A stretch of 64,000 nucleotides of DNA. Source: Oscillospiraceae bacterium. Lineage in GTDB: Bacteria; Bacillota; Clostridia; Oscillospirales; JAAYXM01. The DNA lies in contig JAFQSU010000007.1 of assembly GCA_017409405.1 (NCBI GenBank), positions 20,767-84,766 of the forward strand, written 5' to 3'. Position numbers and translations under genes: made by a program. Below the pieces are notes generated by a model, which saw nothing but the letters and a program-made list of their open reading frames with translations, was not told the DNA's origin and ran no database searches. Below are positions 39,430-48,548 of the stretch, in pieces. Every line of letters starts with the position of its first letter. The stretch's first letter is position 1.

Positions 39430-40872
39430 ATGAAACAGTTTAAACCCGTTATAATATGTGCAGTTGTGCTCCTTGTAGTGGCTGCCCTCGCATTCGGTGC
39501 AATAAAGCTTTTCCCCGAGATAAGCGACACCACCGACAACCCCGTAAACGACGGCCCTGCAACGAGCGGACTGAACAAAATTGTTGACCGCTCATCTCAG
39601 GACGTAAAAAGTGTTGAGATAACGACTGACGGCGGCGAAAGCTTTGCTATCGACTATTCAAAGGACAGCATCGGCGCACAGACTGCAACGATGCGCGGTG
39701 CAGATGCAAGGCTTGCATACAGCGAGAGCGAAATGACAACGCTTTCGGGCTTTGTGGGGCTGCTTGTAGCTCTTGAAGAAGTTGGTACGGGCGAGGATTC
39801 GCTGTTCGGCTTTGATAAGCCGCAGAGAACTATAAAGGTCACCTTCAATGACGGAGAGACCGTAACACTTCTTATAGGAAGCGAAACTCCGCTCGGCACA
39901 GGCGTGTATATCCGCCGTACCGACCGCGACACGGTCTATACCGTCGGCGGAAGCACGACCGACATTCTTATGATGACCAAATCCGACTACCGCGACATAG
40001 AGCTCTTTGATACAATTTCGTCCGCAGACCTTCTTACAAGCGTCACGGTTTCCCGTCCGGGAAAGCCCGACCTTACCGTTTTGAGAAAAGAAGATGCCGA
40101 CGAGAAGAAGGAAATGACGCAGGCAGAGGCGGCTCTTGCGACGGATTATGAGATAGTCTCTCCGATAAAGCGCGACGCAAACCCCGACACAATCAACTCC
40201 GCACTTCTTGACAAGGTCATTGCGATAAAGGCAGCAGCTCTTGTTGAGGACTATCCGAAGGACCTTGCAAAATACGGACTCTCAAAGCCCGTAAAGCTTA
40301 GCTTCAAAACCTCAGAGGGCGGCGATGTAACGCTTCTTATCGGTGATAAGGCTCCCGACGGCGGCAGATATGTAATGCCCGACGGTGTTCCTACGGTTAT
40401 TGCGACAGAGGAAGACTGTGACTTCACGGCTATAAGCCATGCGGATATCGCAACACGCCTGCTCTGGTACTTCGCTTCCGAGGACGTTTCCGAGGTCTTA
40501 TATGAGCTTCCCGGCGGTGCACGCCACACCCTCAAGCTCACGGCGGACGATAAATCGCTCAAGGGCGTTTATGACGGCAAGGAAATGACGGGCAAAAATG
40601 CCACAAACCTCTTCCTCCGCACAATCCGCTTCACGCTTTCGGGTGAGTACACAAGCGACATGAAGTACGGAGAAAGTGCCGTGAAGATTACTGCAAAGCT
40701 CAGCACAGGCAAGACAACAACGCTTGAGCTTTGTGAGATAAATGAACGTCAGTACGCCGCCATTATAGACGGCAAGGCTCCGCAGTTCTACGTCAGCGTG
40801 GGCGAGGTTAAAGAGCTTATCGAGTCCTTTGACATTCTCGCACGCGGCGAAGACATCCCCGATATGTTTTAG
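39430..40872 (+). CDS. DUF4340-like membrane-anchored protein
   Basis: Trimmed to MKQFKPVIICAVVLL after AAGGAG. Single N-terminal TM. Usual partner of GldG-like proteins. Confidence 0.7.
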   Translation: MKQFKPVIICAVVLLVVAALAFGAIKLFPEISDTTDNPVNDGPATSGLNKIVDRSSQDVKSVEITTDGGESFAIDYSKDSIGAQTATMRGADARLAYSESEMTTLSGFVGLLVALEEVGTGEDSLFGFDKPQRTIKVTFNDGETVTLLIGSETPLGTGVYIRRTDRDTVYTVGGSTTDILMMTKSDYRDIELFDTISSADLLTSVTVSRPGKPDLTVLRKEDADEKKEMTQAEAALATDYEIVSPIKRDANPDTINSALLDKVIAIKAAALVEDYPKDLAKYGLSKPVKLSFKTSEGGDVTLLIGDKAPDGGRYVMPDGVPTVIATEEDCDFTAISHADIATRLLWYFASEDVSEVLYELPGGARHTLKLTADDKSLKGVYDGKEMTGKNATNLFLRTIRFTLSGEYTSDMKYGESAVKITAKLSTGKTTTLELCEINERQYAAIIDGKAPQFYVSVGEVKELIESFDILARGEDIPDMF

Positions 40873-40891
40873 AAATAATAAGATATGGGAC

Positions 40892-40917
40892 AGAGACTAT
40901 CCTTTCGGACAGTCTCT
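40892..40917. repeat. mini-hairpin made of MITE-end-like sequences (AGAGACTATCC-tttc-GGACAGTCTCT)
   Basis: Lies directly 5' of MITE copy 2. Its 3' half equals the MITE right terminus GGACAGTCTCT. Confidence 0.7.
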
Positions 40918-40918
40918 C

Positions 40919-41140
40919 AGACTGTCGAAAAAGGCGCGAGAACATAAGCGGAGAAAAAATAAAAGAGAGTTTCTTCGCAAAACAAACATTGACCAAAAGC
41001 AAATGCACGCATATTTAAAATCCCTTGAAGTGTCGAACTTCAAGGGATTTTCCGCTTATTTTGCCCGAAGGCATCCCTCGGAGTATACATATACACCTTC
41101 GGGTTCCATTCGGACAATCTCACACCTTTTTGGACAGTCT
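40919..41140 (+). mobile_element. MITE-like non-autonomous element, copy 2 (222 bp)
   Basis: Same TIRs and central hairpin (41022-41046) as copy 1. Confidence 0.75.
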
Positions 41141-41195
41141 CTGTTTTTCTGTGCATTTTAATGTAGCACAGCGGAAAAATCTACCCGTCACTCAC

Positions 41196-41239
41196 GAAAT
41201 TTTCAATTTTTAGGGTGGAAAAAGTTGGCACAAAGTTAA
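41196..41239 (+). repeat. 45-bp repeat (family E), copy B
   Basis: gaaattttcaatttttagggtggaaaaagttggcacaaagttaa, inverted relative to 32724-32768. Confidence 0.8.
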
Positions 41240-41296
41240 GACAACCCCCGGGGCTTGGGGTCGCAAAACCCCAATCGGTTTAACCGGATTTTCTCG

Positions 41297-41325
41297 TTGA
41301 CAAACGGGTGTGAAAGTGGTATACT
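41297..41325 (+). promoter_or_regulatory. pyr operon promoter
   Basis: TTGACA (41297-41302), 17-nt spacer, TGgTATACT (extended -10; hexamer 41320-41325). Confidence 0.7.
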
Positions 41326-41424
41326 GATTAAAATAAAATCTTTAACGACGGTACCGTGATGCCGGCAAGATTTGTAATACTTTAAAAATGCAGGGCGAGT
41401 CCTTGTATGTTTTTGTGTGCGTAC

Positions 41425-41452
41425 ATCTTGCCTTCATGGGCAAGATTTTTTG
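41425..41452 (+). terminator. leader terminator (attenuator) 19 nt upstream of pyrC
   Basis: ATCTTGCC-ttcatg-GGCAAGAT followed by TTTTTT. An upstream GGCAAGAT (41364-41371) can pair with the 5' arm as an antiterminator. Confidence 0.7.
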
Positions 41453-41470
41453 TTGTGTGAGGTCATCTGA

Positions 41471-42682
41471 ATGTTTGGTTTTTTTAAGAAGAATACCGTT
41501 AAAAGCTTCATAGCAAAAGAGGCTGCAGCGTCCTGCCATACCTTGGCAAAGACGTTTATTCCCTCTTTCTCTTCAAAATATGCTGTTTTTCCCGGCTTTT
41601 GTGATGTGCATGTGCATTTCCGTGAGCCGGGCTTTTCTTATAAGGAAACTATCTTCACCGGCTCCCGTGCCGCGGCAAGGGGCGGATATACCGCCGTCTG
41701 CACGATGCCGAATCTCTCCCCCGTGCCCGACAGCGCAGAAAACATCACCGCACAGCTTAAAATCATTGAGCGTGATGCGTGCATAGACGTTTTCCCCTAC
41801 GGCGCAATCACCGTCGGTCAGAAGGGCGAAGCGCTCTCGGACATGGATGCACTTGCACCTCTTGCCGTTGCATTTTCCGACGACGGGCGCAGTGTACAAA
41901 ACGATGATATGATGCGTGCGGCAATGCAAAAGGCAAAAGAGCTTGATAAAATTCTTGTCGCTCACTGTGAAGACGTGAGAGAGCTTAAGCCGGGCGGCTG
42001 CATCCACGCCGGGGCATATGCCGCAGCCCACGGGTATGTCGGTATAAATTCCGAGAGTGAATGGCGACAGGTTGAGCGAGACCTTAAACTTGTGCGTGAA
42101 ATCGGCTGTAAATACCACGTCTGCCACGTTTCCACGGCAGAAACCGTTGAGCTTATCAGACAGGCAAAGCGTGAGGGGCTTGACGTGACGTGCGAAACGG
42201 GTCCCCACTATCTTGTCATGTGCGATGAGGACATCGGCGAGGACGGAAGATTTAAGATGAATCCCCCGATACGCGCATCCCGTGACCGTGATGCACTTGT
42301 CGCAGGCATCATCGACGGCACGGTTGACATGATTGCGACCGACCACGCCCCACATTCGGCAGAAGAAAAGGCAAAGGGTCTCTCGGGCAGCGCTTTCGGC
42401 GTTGTCGGGCTTGAAACGGCTTTCCCCGTGCTTTACACACACCTTGTAAAGAAAAAAATAATTACCCTCGAAAAGCTTGTTGAGCTTATGTCGTCTGCAC
42501 CGAGAAAGCGCTTTAACATCCCTGCCGGAGATGACTTTACCGTATGGGATTTAAACGCAAAGTTTACCGTAAACCCCGACGATTTTCTCTCTCTCGGACG
42601 TGCTACCCCGTTTGAGGGCGAAACACTTTTTGGAAAATGCTTACTTACCGTTCATCACGGCAAGCCGGTTTATAAAATATAG
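41471..42682 (+). CDS. pyrC: dihydroorotase
   Basis: 403 aa. Metal ligands DVHVHFREPG, CEDV, DHAPH. Confidence 0.95.
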   Translation: MFGFFKKNTVKSFIAKEAAASCHTLAKTFIPSFSSKYAVFPGFCDVHVHFREPGFSYKETIFTGSRAAARGGYTAVCTMPNLSPVPDSAENITAQLKIIERDACIDVFPYGAITVGQKGEALSDMDALAPLAVAFSDDGRSVQNDDMMRAAMQKAKELDKILVAHCEDVRELKPGGCIHAGAYAAAHGYVGINSESEWRQVERDLKLVREIGCKYHVCHVSTAETVELIRQAKREGLDVTCETGPHYLVMCDEDIGEDGRFKMNPPIRASRDRDALVAGIIDGTVDMIATDHAPHSAEEKAKGLSGSAFGVVGLETAFPVLYTHLVKKKIITLEKLVELMSSAPRKRFNIPAGDDFTVWDLNAKFTVNPDDFLSLGRATPFEGETLFGKCLLTVHHGKPVYKI

Positions 42683-42694
42683 GAGGCAAAAACA

Positions 42695-45600
42695 ATGGCA
42701 AAACGTACAGACATCAAAAAAATTCTCATTATCGGCTCGGGTCCTATCGTAATCGGTCAGGCCGCAGAGTTTGACTATGCAGGCACACAGGCATGCCTTG
42801 CGCTCAAGGAAGAGGGCTACGAGGTTATCCTCTGCAACTCCAACCCTGCCACGATAATGACCGACACCACCATTGCGGACAAGGTTTACATGGAGCCGCT
42901 CACACTTGAATACATCGCAAAGATTCTCCGCCACGAGCGTCCCGATGCCATTGTTCCGGGTATCGGCGGTCAGACGGGACTCAACCTTGCAATGCAGCTT
43001 GAAAAGAAGGGCGTTCTCAAGGAATGCGGCGTTGAGCTTCTCGGCACATCAAGCGAGAGTATCGAGCGTGCCGAAGACCGTGAGCTTTTCAAGGAGCTTT
43101 GTGAGTCCATCGGTGAGCCTACCATCCCGTCGGAAATTACCTACTCGCTCGACGAGGCAAAGGCGGCGGCTGAAAGAATCGGTTACCCCGTTGTTCTCCG
43201 TCCTGCGTTTACGCTCGGCGGTACGGGCGGCGGCTTTGCATATAACGAGGAAGAGCTTGTTGAGGTTGGTCTCAATGCGTTCAAGCTCTCCCCTGTTCAT
43301 CAGGTTCTTATCGAAAAGAGCGTCCGCGGATATAAGGAGATTGAGTTTGAGGTTATGCGTGACTCTGCTGATCACGCAATCACCATCTGCGGTATGGAAA
43401 ATATAGACCCTGTCGGCGTTCATACGGGTGACTCTCTCGTTGTCGCTCCCATCATGACACTTTCCGATGCAGACAAGAAGATGCTCAACGACAGCGCAAT
43501 CAAGCTCATCCGTGAGCTTAAGATAGAGGGCGGCTGCAATGTTCAGTTCGCGCTCAACCCCGATTCAAGCGAGTACTACCTCATTGAGGTCAACCCCCGT
43601 GTCTCCCGTTCCTCCGCTCTCGCTTCAAAGGCAAGCGGATACCCCATTGCACGAGTAACCGCAAAAATCGCTGTCGGCATGGAGCTTTCCGACATTGCAA
43701 TAGCAAACACAACGGCTGAGTTTGAGCCGAGCCTCGACTATGTCATCGCAAAGCTTCCGAGATTCCCGTTTGATAAGTTCGCAACTGCTCCCAACACCCT
43801 CGGCACACAGATGAAGGCAACGGGTGAGGTTATGGGCATCGGCTCTAGCCTTGAAGAGTGCCTGCTCAAGTCTGTCCGTTCACTTGAAACGGGTGCTGAC
43901 CACTTCTGGCTGCCGAAGTTTGACGGAAAATCCCTTCCGGAGCTTCTTGACTATATCCGCGAATTTAAGGATGACAACATCTTTGCTATCGCCGAAGCCT
44001 TCCGCCTCGGCTGTGACACAGACACGCTGTTTGACATAACAAAAATAACACGCTACTTCCTTGAATCGGTTAAAAGAATTGTTGACGAGGAAACCGTTGT
44101 TGAAAAGAACTGCGGCGATGTTGAAACACTGAAAGCCGCAAAGAAGATGGGCTTTTCCGACAAGTTCATTGCCCGTCTGTGGAACATGAAGGAAATTGAC
44201 ATTTACAATCTTCGCAAAGAGAAAAACATCTTCCCGATATACCGTATGGTCGATACCTGCCACACGGGTGCATACATCCCGTATTTCTATTCCTCATACA
44301 CGGGCGAGAACGCATCACGCCTTACCGACAAAAAGAAAATCGTTGTTCTCGGTGCAGGTCCCATACGTATCGGTCAGGGCGTTGAGTTTGACTACTCAAC
44401 TGTCCATGCCGTAACCACAATCAAAAACTCGGGCTATGAGGCCATCATTATAAACAACAACCCCGAAACGGTTTCAACCGACTACACAACCGCCGATAAG
44501 CTCTACTTTGAACCGCTGACAACCGAAGATGTTATGAACATCATTGAGTTTGAAAAGCCCGAGGGCGTTATAGCCTCTCTCGGCGGACAAACTGCAATCA
44601 ACCTTGCCGAGCCGCTCATGTCACGCGGCGTAAAAATCATCGGTACGGACTGCGAAGCTATTGAACGTGCCGAAAACCGCGACAGCTTTGAAAAAATCCT
44701 CCGTGAGCTCGGTATTCCTCAGCCTAAGGGTCATGCCGTAACAAACATAGAAGACGGCATCCGCTCTGCCGCAGAGATAGGCTACCCTGTCCTCGTCCGC
44801 CCCAGCTTCGTTCTCGGCGGCCGTGCAATGCAGATTGTCTCAAACGAGGATCAGCTTCGCCACTACCTCAAAACGGCGGTTGAAATTGACGAGGACAAGC
44901 CCGTGCTTGTCGATAAATACATTCAGGGAAAAGAGGTTGAGGTTGACGCTATCTGCGACGGACGTGACGTGTTCGTTCCGGGCATTATGGAGCTTGTCGA
45001 GAGAACGGGCGTTCACTCCGGCGACTCAATAAGTGTATATCCGACCTTCTCGATTTCCGATAAGGTACGCGGAATCATTCTGCAGTACGCAAAAAAGCTC
45101 GGTCTCGGCATAGGAATTGTCGGTCTTTACAACATCCAGTTCATTGTCGATAAGGATGACAACGTATTTATCATTGAGGTAAATCCGCGCTCGTCAAGAA
45201 CCGTCCCGTTCCTTTCAAAGGCAACAGGCTACTCGCTTGCCGATATCGCAACAGAGGTTATCCTCGGAAAATCTCTCAAGGAGCAGGGCATATTTGATAT
45301 ATATCCGCCTGAGAAAAAGCGCTGGTATGTAAAGGTTCCGGTATTCTCCTTCAACAAAATCCGCGGTCTTGACGCTTACCTCTCCCCCGAGATGAAGTCA
45401 ACCGGTGAGGCTATCGGCTATGACGACAAGCTCAACCGCGCACTCTATAAGGCACTTCAGGCATCGGGAATGCATCTCCAGAACTACGGTACGGTGTTTG
45501 CAACGATTGCCGATAAGGACAAGGAAGAAGCACTTCCCCTCATCCGCCGCTTCTACAACCTCGGCTTCAATATTGAAGCGACTGAGGGCACTGCAAAATT

Positions 45601-45868
45601 CCTTAAGGAAAACGGCATCCGCACGCATATCCTCAAAAAACTTTCCGACGGCAGTGAGGAGATTGCCGATGCACTTCGTCAGGGACATATAGCATACGTC
45701 ATCAATACGCGCGACATTGCATCGAGCGGTACGGAGAGCGACGGTCATCAGATCCGCCGCCTTGCGACGGACAACAACGTCACAATCTTCACGGCACTTG
45801 ATACCGTCCGGGTACTCCTTGATGTTCTTGAAGAAACAACGCTCACAATTTCTACAATTGATGCTTAA
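42695..45868 (+). CDS. carB: carbamoyl-phosphate synthase large subunit
   Basis: 1057 aa. Duplicated ATP-grasp halves and a C-terminal MGS-like domain. Confidence 0.98.
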   Translation: MAKRTDIKKILIIGSGPIVIGQAAEFDYAGTQACLALKEEGYEVILCNSNPATIMTDTTIADKVYMEPLTLEYIAKILRHERPDAIVPGIGGQTGLNLAMQLEKKGVLKECGVELLGTSSESIERAEDRELFKELCESIGEPTIPSEITYSLDEAKAAAERIGYPVVLRPAFTLGGTGGGFAYNEEELVEVGLNAFKLSPVHQVLIEKSVRGYKEIEFEVMRDSADHAITICGMENIDPVGVHTGDSLVVAPIMTLSDADKKMLNDSAIKLIRELKIEGGCNVQFALNPDSSEYYLIEVNPRVSRSSALASKASGYPIARVTAKIAVGMELSDIAIANTTAEFEPSLDYVIAKLPRFPFDKFATAPNTLGTQMKATGEVMGIGSSLEECLLKSVRSLETGADHFWLPKFDGKSLPELLDYIREFKDDNIFAIAEAFRLGCDTDTLFDITKITRYFLESVKRIVDEETVVEKNCGDVETLKAAKKMGFSDKFIARLWNMKEIDIYNLRKEKNIFPIYRMVDTCHTGAYIPYFYSSYTGENASRLTDKKKIVVLGAGPIRIGQGVEFDYSTVHAVTTIKNSGYEAIIINNNPETVSTDYTTADKLYFEPLTTEDVMNIIEFEKPEGVIASLGGQTAINLAEPLMSRGVKIIGTDCEAIERAENRDSFEKILRELGIPQPKGHAVTNIEDGIRSAAEIGYPVLVRPSFVLGGRAMQIVSNEDQLRHYLKTAVEIDEDKPVLVDKYIQGKEVEVDAICDGRDVFVPGIMELVERTGVHSGDSISVYPTFSISDKVRGIILQYAKKLGLGIGIVGLYNIQFIVDKDDNVFIIEVNPRSSRTVPFLSKATGYSLADIATEVILGKSLKEQGIFDIYPPEKKRWYVKVPVFSFNKIRGLDAYLSPEMKSTGEAIGYDDKLNRALYKALQASGMHLQNYGTVFATIADKDKEEALPLIRRFYNLGFNIEATEGTAKFLKENGIRTHILKKLSDGSEEIADALRQGHIAYVINTRDIASSGTESDGHQIRRLATDNNVTIFTALDTVRVLLDVLEETTLTISTIDA

Positions 45869-46014
45869 TAAATGGAAAATTGATAATGGAAAATGGAAAA
45901 TTAAGGAGAAATCGCTCGGCGATTTCGATTAAAATGTTTTGTGGATACAAAACACCTGAACTTTCAATTTTCAACTTTCAATTTTCAATTAAAAAAACGA
46001 CGAAGGAGTTTTTT
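45867..46014 (+). repeat. family B structured palindromic element, copy 2, ending in the pyrK SD
   Basis: Aligns along its whole length with 15192-15344. Inner hairpins at 45908-45926 and 45936-45953. Same tail ACGACGAAGGAGTTTTTT then ATG. Confidence 0.85.
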
Positions 46015-46746
46015 ATGACTCAATCAGTTTTTACGATAAAATCAAATATCGCACTTACAGAAAGTGTTTACAAAATGACGCTTTCGGGCGACTGCTCCGA
46101 ATGTCGCCCCGGCGGATTTGTCAACATTCAGCTTACGGGAAGGTTTTTGCGCCGTCCCATCTCCGTCTGTGATGCATATGAAAACACACTTGTTATCATA
46201 TACAAGGTTGTTGGCAAGGGTACGGAGCAGATGTCACGCATGCAGCCCGGAGAGGCTCTTGATATCCTCACGGGGCTTGGCAACGGCTATGACCTTTCAA
46301 AGGGAGGAAGCCACCCTCTCCTTATCGGCGGCGGTGTTGGCGTGCCGCCTATGTACATGCTTGCAAAAGAGCTTATTGCCGGAGGTGCGGAAGTCTCCGT
46401 CATTCTCGGCTTCAATACGAAGGAAGAGATTTTTTACGAGAATGAGTTCCGTGCCCTCGGCGCGGACGTAACCGTCACAACCGTTGACGGCAGCTACGGA
46501 GTACAGGGTTTTGTCACCGATGCGGCAAAGGGTATGGAATACACACACGTTTTCACCTGCGGTCCCGAGCCGATGCTTCGCGCAGTGTACAAAAGCATAA
46601 AGGGCGACGGTCAGTTCAGCTTTGAAGAACGCATGGGCTGTGGATTCGGTGCATGCATGGGCTGCTCATGCAAGACCGTTACGGGGTATAAGCGCATATG
46701 CAAGGACGGACCCGTTCTCCGGAAGGAGGAGATTTTATGGGATTAA
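46015..46746 (+). CDS. pyrK: dihydroorotate dehydrogenase electron-transfer subunit
   Basis: Track ORF (45880) trimmed to MTQSVFTIK after GAAGGAG. FAD/NAD domain and a C-terminal 2Fe-2S Cys cluster (CGFGACMGCSC). Confidence 0.93.
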   Translation: MTQSVFTIKSNIALTESVYKMTLSGDCSECRPGGFVNIQLTGRFLRRPISVCDAYENTLVIIYKVVGKGTEQMSRMQPGEALDILTGLGNGYDLSKGGSHPLLIGGGVGVPPMYMLAKELIAGGAEVSVILGFNTKEEIFYENEFRALGADVTVTTVDGSYGVQGFVTDAAKGMEYTHVFTCGPEPMLRAVYKSIKGDGQFSFEERMGCGFGACMGCSCKTVTGYKRICKDGPVLRKEEILWD

Positions 46747-47642
46747 ATGTTAACCTTTGCGGAATTGAGCTTGATAATCCGGTCATTCCGGCAAGCGGAA
46801 CCTTCGGCTACGGCTACGAGTTTGCCGAAATTTATGACATAAACGTTCTCGGCACGTTTTCGTTTAAGGGAACAACAAAGGACGCAAGATTCGGAAATCC
46901 GACCCCGAGAATCGCCGAGTGTGCCGAGGGCATGATTAACGCTGTGGGTCTCCAGAATCCGGGTGTTGACAAGGTAATATCGGAAGAGCTTCCGAAGCTC
47001 TCTAAGTGCTTTAATAAAAAGGTTATGGCAAATGTTTCGGGCTTTTCCGTTGAGGACTACGCATATACCTGTGCAAGGCTTGATAAGGAAGAGCAGGTCG
47101 GCTGGCTTGAAGTGAATGTAAGCTGTCCCAATGTACACGGCGGCGGCATGAGCTTCGGCACTGACCCGTCTGCCGCCGCAGAGGTCACCCGTGCGGTAAA
47201 GGCGGTCACGACAAAGCCCGTCATCATAAAGCTTTCACCGAATGTTACCGACATCGTTTCAATCGCCAAGGCGTGTGAAGAAGCCGGCGCTGACGGTATA
47301 AGCCTTATAAACACCCTTCTCGGCATGAGAATCGACCTTAAAAAGAGAGCACCCGTAATCGCAAACAAAATGGGTGGGTTTTCCGGCCGCGCAATTTTCC
47401 CCGTTGCCGTGAGAATGGTATATCAGGTTGCAAATGCAGTTGATATCCCCGTTATCGGCATGGGCGGTGTTTCAAGTGCTGAGGATGTTATAGAGATGAT
47501 GATGGCAGGCGCTTGTGCCGTCGAGGTAGGTGCGGCAAACCTTATCAACCCAACCGCCTGCCGTGATATCATAGCTGACCTTCCGAGGGTTATGAAAAAA
47601 TACGGAATAGAAAATCTGAGTGATATTATACGTTGCGTATAA
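46737..47642 (+). CDS. pyrD: dihydroorotate dehydrogenase B catalytic subunit
   Basis: Trimmed to MGLNVNLCGIELDNPVIPASGTFG after GGAGGAG. Overlaps the pyrK end by 10 nt. Confidence 0.95.
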   Translation: MGLNVNLCGIELDNPVIPASGTFGYGYEFAEIYDINVLGTFSFKGTTKDARFGNPTPRIAECAEGMINAVGLQNPGVDKVISEELPKLSKCFNKKVMANVSGFSVEDYAYTCARLDKEEQVGWLEVNVSCPNVHGGGMSFGTDPSAAAEVTRAVKAVTTKPVIIKLSPNVTDIVSIAKACEEAGADGISLINTLLGMRIDLKKRAPVIANKMGGFSGRAIFPVAVRMVYQVANAVDIPVIGMGGVSSAEDVIEMMMAGACAVEVGAANLINPTACRDIIADLPRVMKKYGIENLSDIIRCV

Positions 47643-47656
47643 TTTGCGGATATGAA

Positions 47657-47690
47657 GGCTTCCCCTTGAGGGGAAGGCTCAAGAAAGGAG
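47657..47690 (+). repeat. family A hairpin + SD module upstream of pyrF
   Basis: GGCTTCCCCTTGAGGGGAAGGCTCAAGAAAGGAG; compare 13505-13538 upstream of rnhA. Confidence 0.75.
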
Positions 47691-47699
47691 ATTTTAACT

Positions 47700-48398
47700 A
47701 TGGGAAAAGACGTAATTGTAGCATGCGATTTTAAAAGCGCAGAGGATACCTTTGCTTTTCTTGACAAATTCACGGGAAGAAAGCCGTTTGTCAAAATCGG
47801 TATGGAGCTTTTTTATGCCGAGGGACCGAGCATTGTCCGTGAGATAAAGGCGCGCGGACACAAGATTTTCCTCGACCTGAAGCTTCACGATATCCCGAAC
47901 ACCGTAAAAAAGGCAATGTCGGTGCTCAGAAATCTTGACGTTGACATTACAAACCTGCATGCCGCAGGCACAAAGAGTATGATGGAGGCGGCAATCGAGG
48001 GACTCACCCGTCCCGACGGCACACGTCCGCTTCTTATTGCCGTAACACAGCTTACCTCAACGGACCAGGAAGCGATGGAGCGCGACCTGCTTATAAAAGA
48101 GCCGATTGACAAGGTTGTAATGCATTATGCAAAGACTGCAAAGGATGCAGGTCTTGACGGTGTTGTATGCTCACCGCTTGAAGCTGAGAAGGTACACGAT
48201 ACATGCGGCAAAACATTTCTTACGGTTACCCCCGGAGTCCGCTTTGCCGACGGTGATATCGGTGACCAGAAGCGTGTTATGACACCTGCCGAGGCAAAGA
48301 AAATCGGTTCTGACTATATAGTTGTCGGACGTCCGATAACCGCGGCGGATGACCCCGTTGCGGCATACGAGAGATGTGTCAGTGACTTTGTCGATTAA
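47700..48398 (+). CDS. pyrF: orotidine 5'-phosphate decarboxylase
   Basis: 232 aa. Motifs DLKLHDIPNT and VVGRPIT. Confidence 0.96.
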   Translation: MGKDVIVACDFKSAEDTFAFLDKFTGRKPFVKIGMELFYAEGPSIVREIKARGHKIFLDLKLHDIPNTVKKAMSVLRNLDVDITNLHAAGTKSMMEAAIEGLTRPDGTRPLLIAVTQLTSTDQEAMERDLLIKEPIDKVVMHYAKTAKDAGLDGVVCSPLEAEKVHDTCGKTFLTVTPGVRFADGDIGDQKRVMTPAEAKKIGSDYIVVGRPITAADDPVAAYERCVSDFVD

Positions 48399-48414
48399 AC
48401 CGACAAAGTGAACG

Positions 48415-48511
48415 CTGTCACCCTGAGCTTGTCGAAGGGTCCCCTACGGGTGAGGTAGAGATTCTTCGACTGCGCCTGACACGTTGTGTCAGGCTTCGCT
48501 CAGAATGACAG
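48415..48511. repeat. 97-bp palindromic element (family C)
   Basis: TIRs CTGTCACCCTGAGC / GCTCAGAATGACAG. Nested GTCGAAG/CTTCGAC and a GCCTGACAC-gtt-GTGTCAGGC hairpin. A half copy lies at 60119-60172. Confidence 0.8.
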
Positions 48512-48548
48512 ATTGAAAAAGGTTTCAATATATTAAGGAGGAATAATC

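Noticed and set aside
40829-41161. 110-aa plus-strand ORF across MITE copy 2
   Set aside because: Same reasoning as above. It also overlaps the 3' end of the DUF4340 gene and has no SD.
41208-41240. Sigma-54 promoter in the family E repeat (TTGGCACaaagtTAAg)
   Set aside because: The -24 TGGCAC is present, but the -12 element lacks the conserved GC (TTAA instead of TTGC). The copy at 32724 lies in a 3' UTR in the opposite orientation.
41573-42442. 289-aa minus-strand ORF
   Set aside because: It is antisense to pyrC, which carries all the dihydroorotase metal-ligand motifs.
45880-46014. N-terminal extension of pyrK (MIMENGKLRRNRSAISIK...) from the track
   Set aside because: The extension is a translation of the family B repeat. 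The same repeat upstream of nifU is not in frame with nifU, and a strong GAAGGAG SD precedes the internal ATG at 46015.
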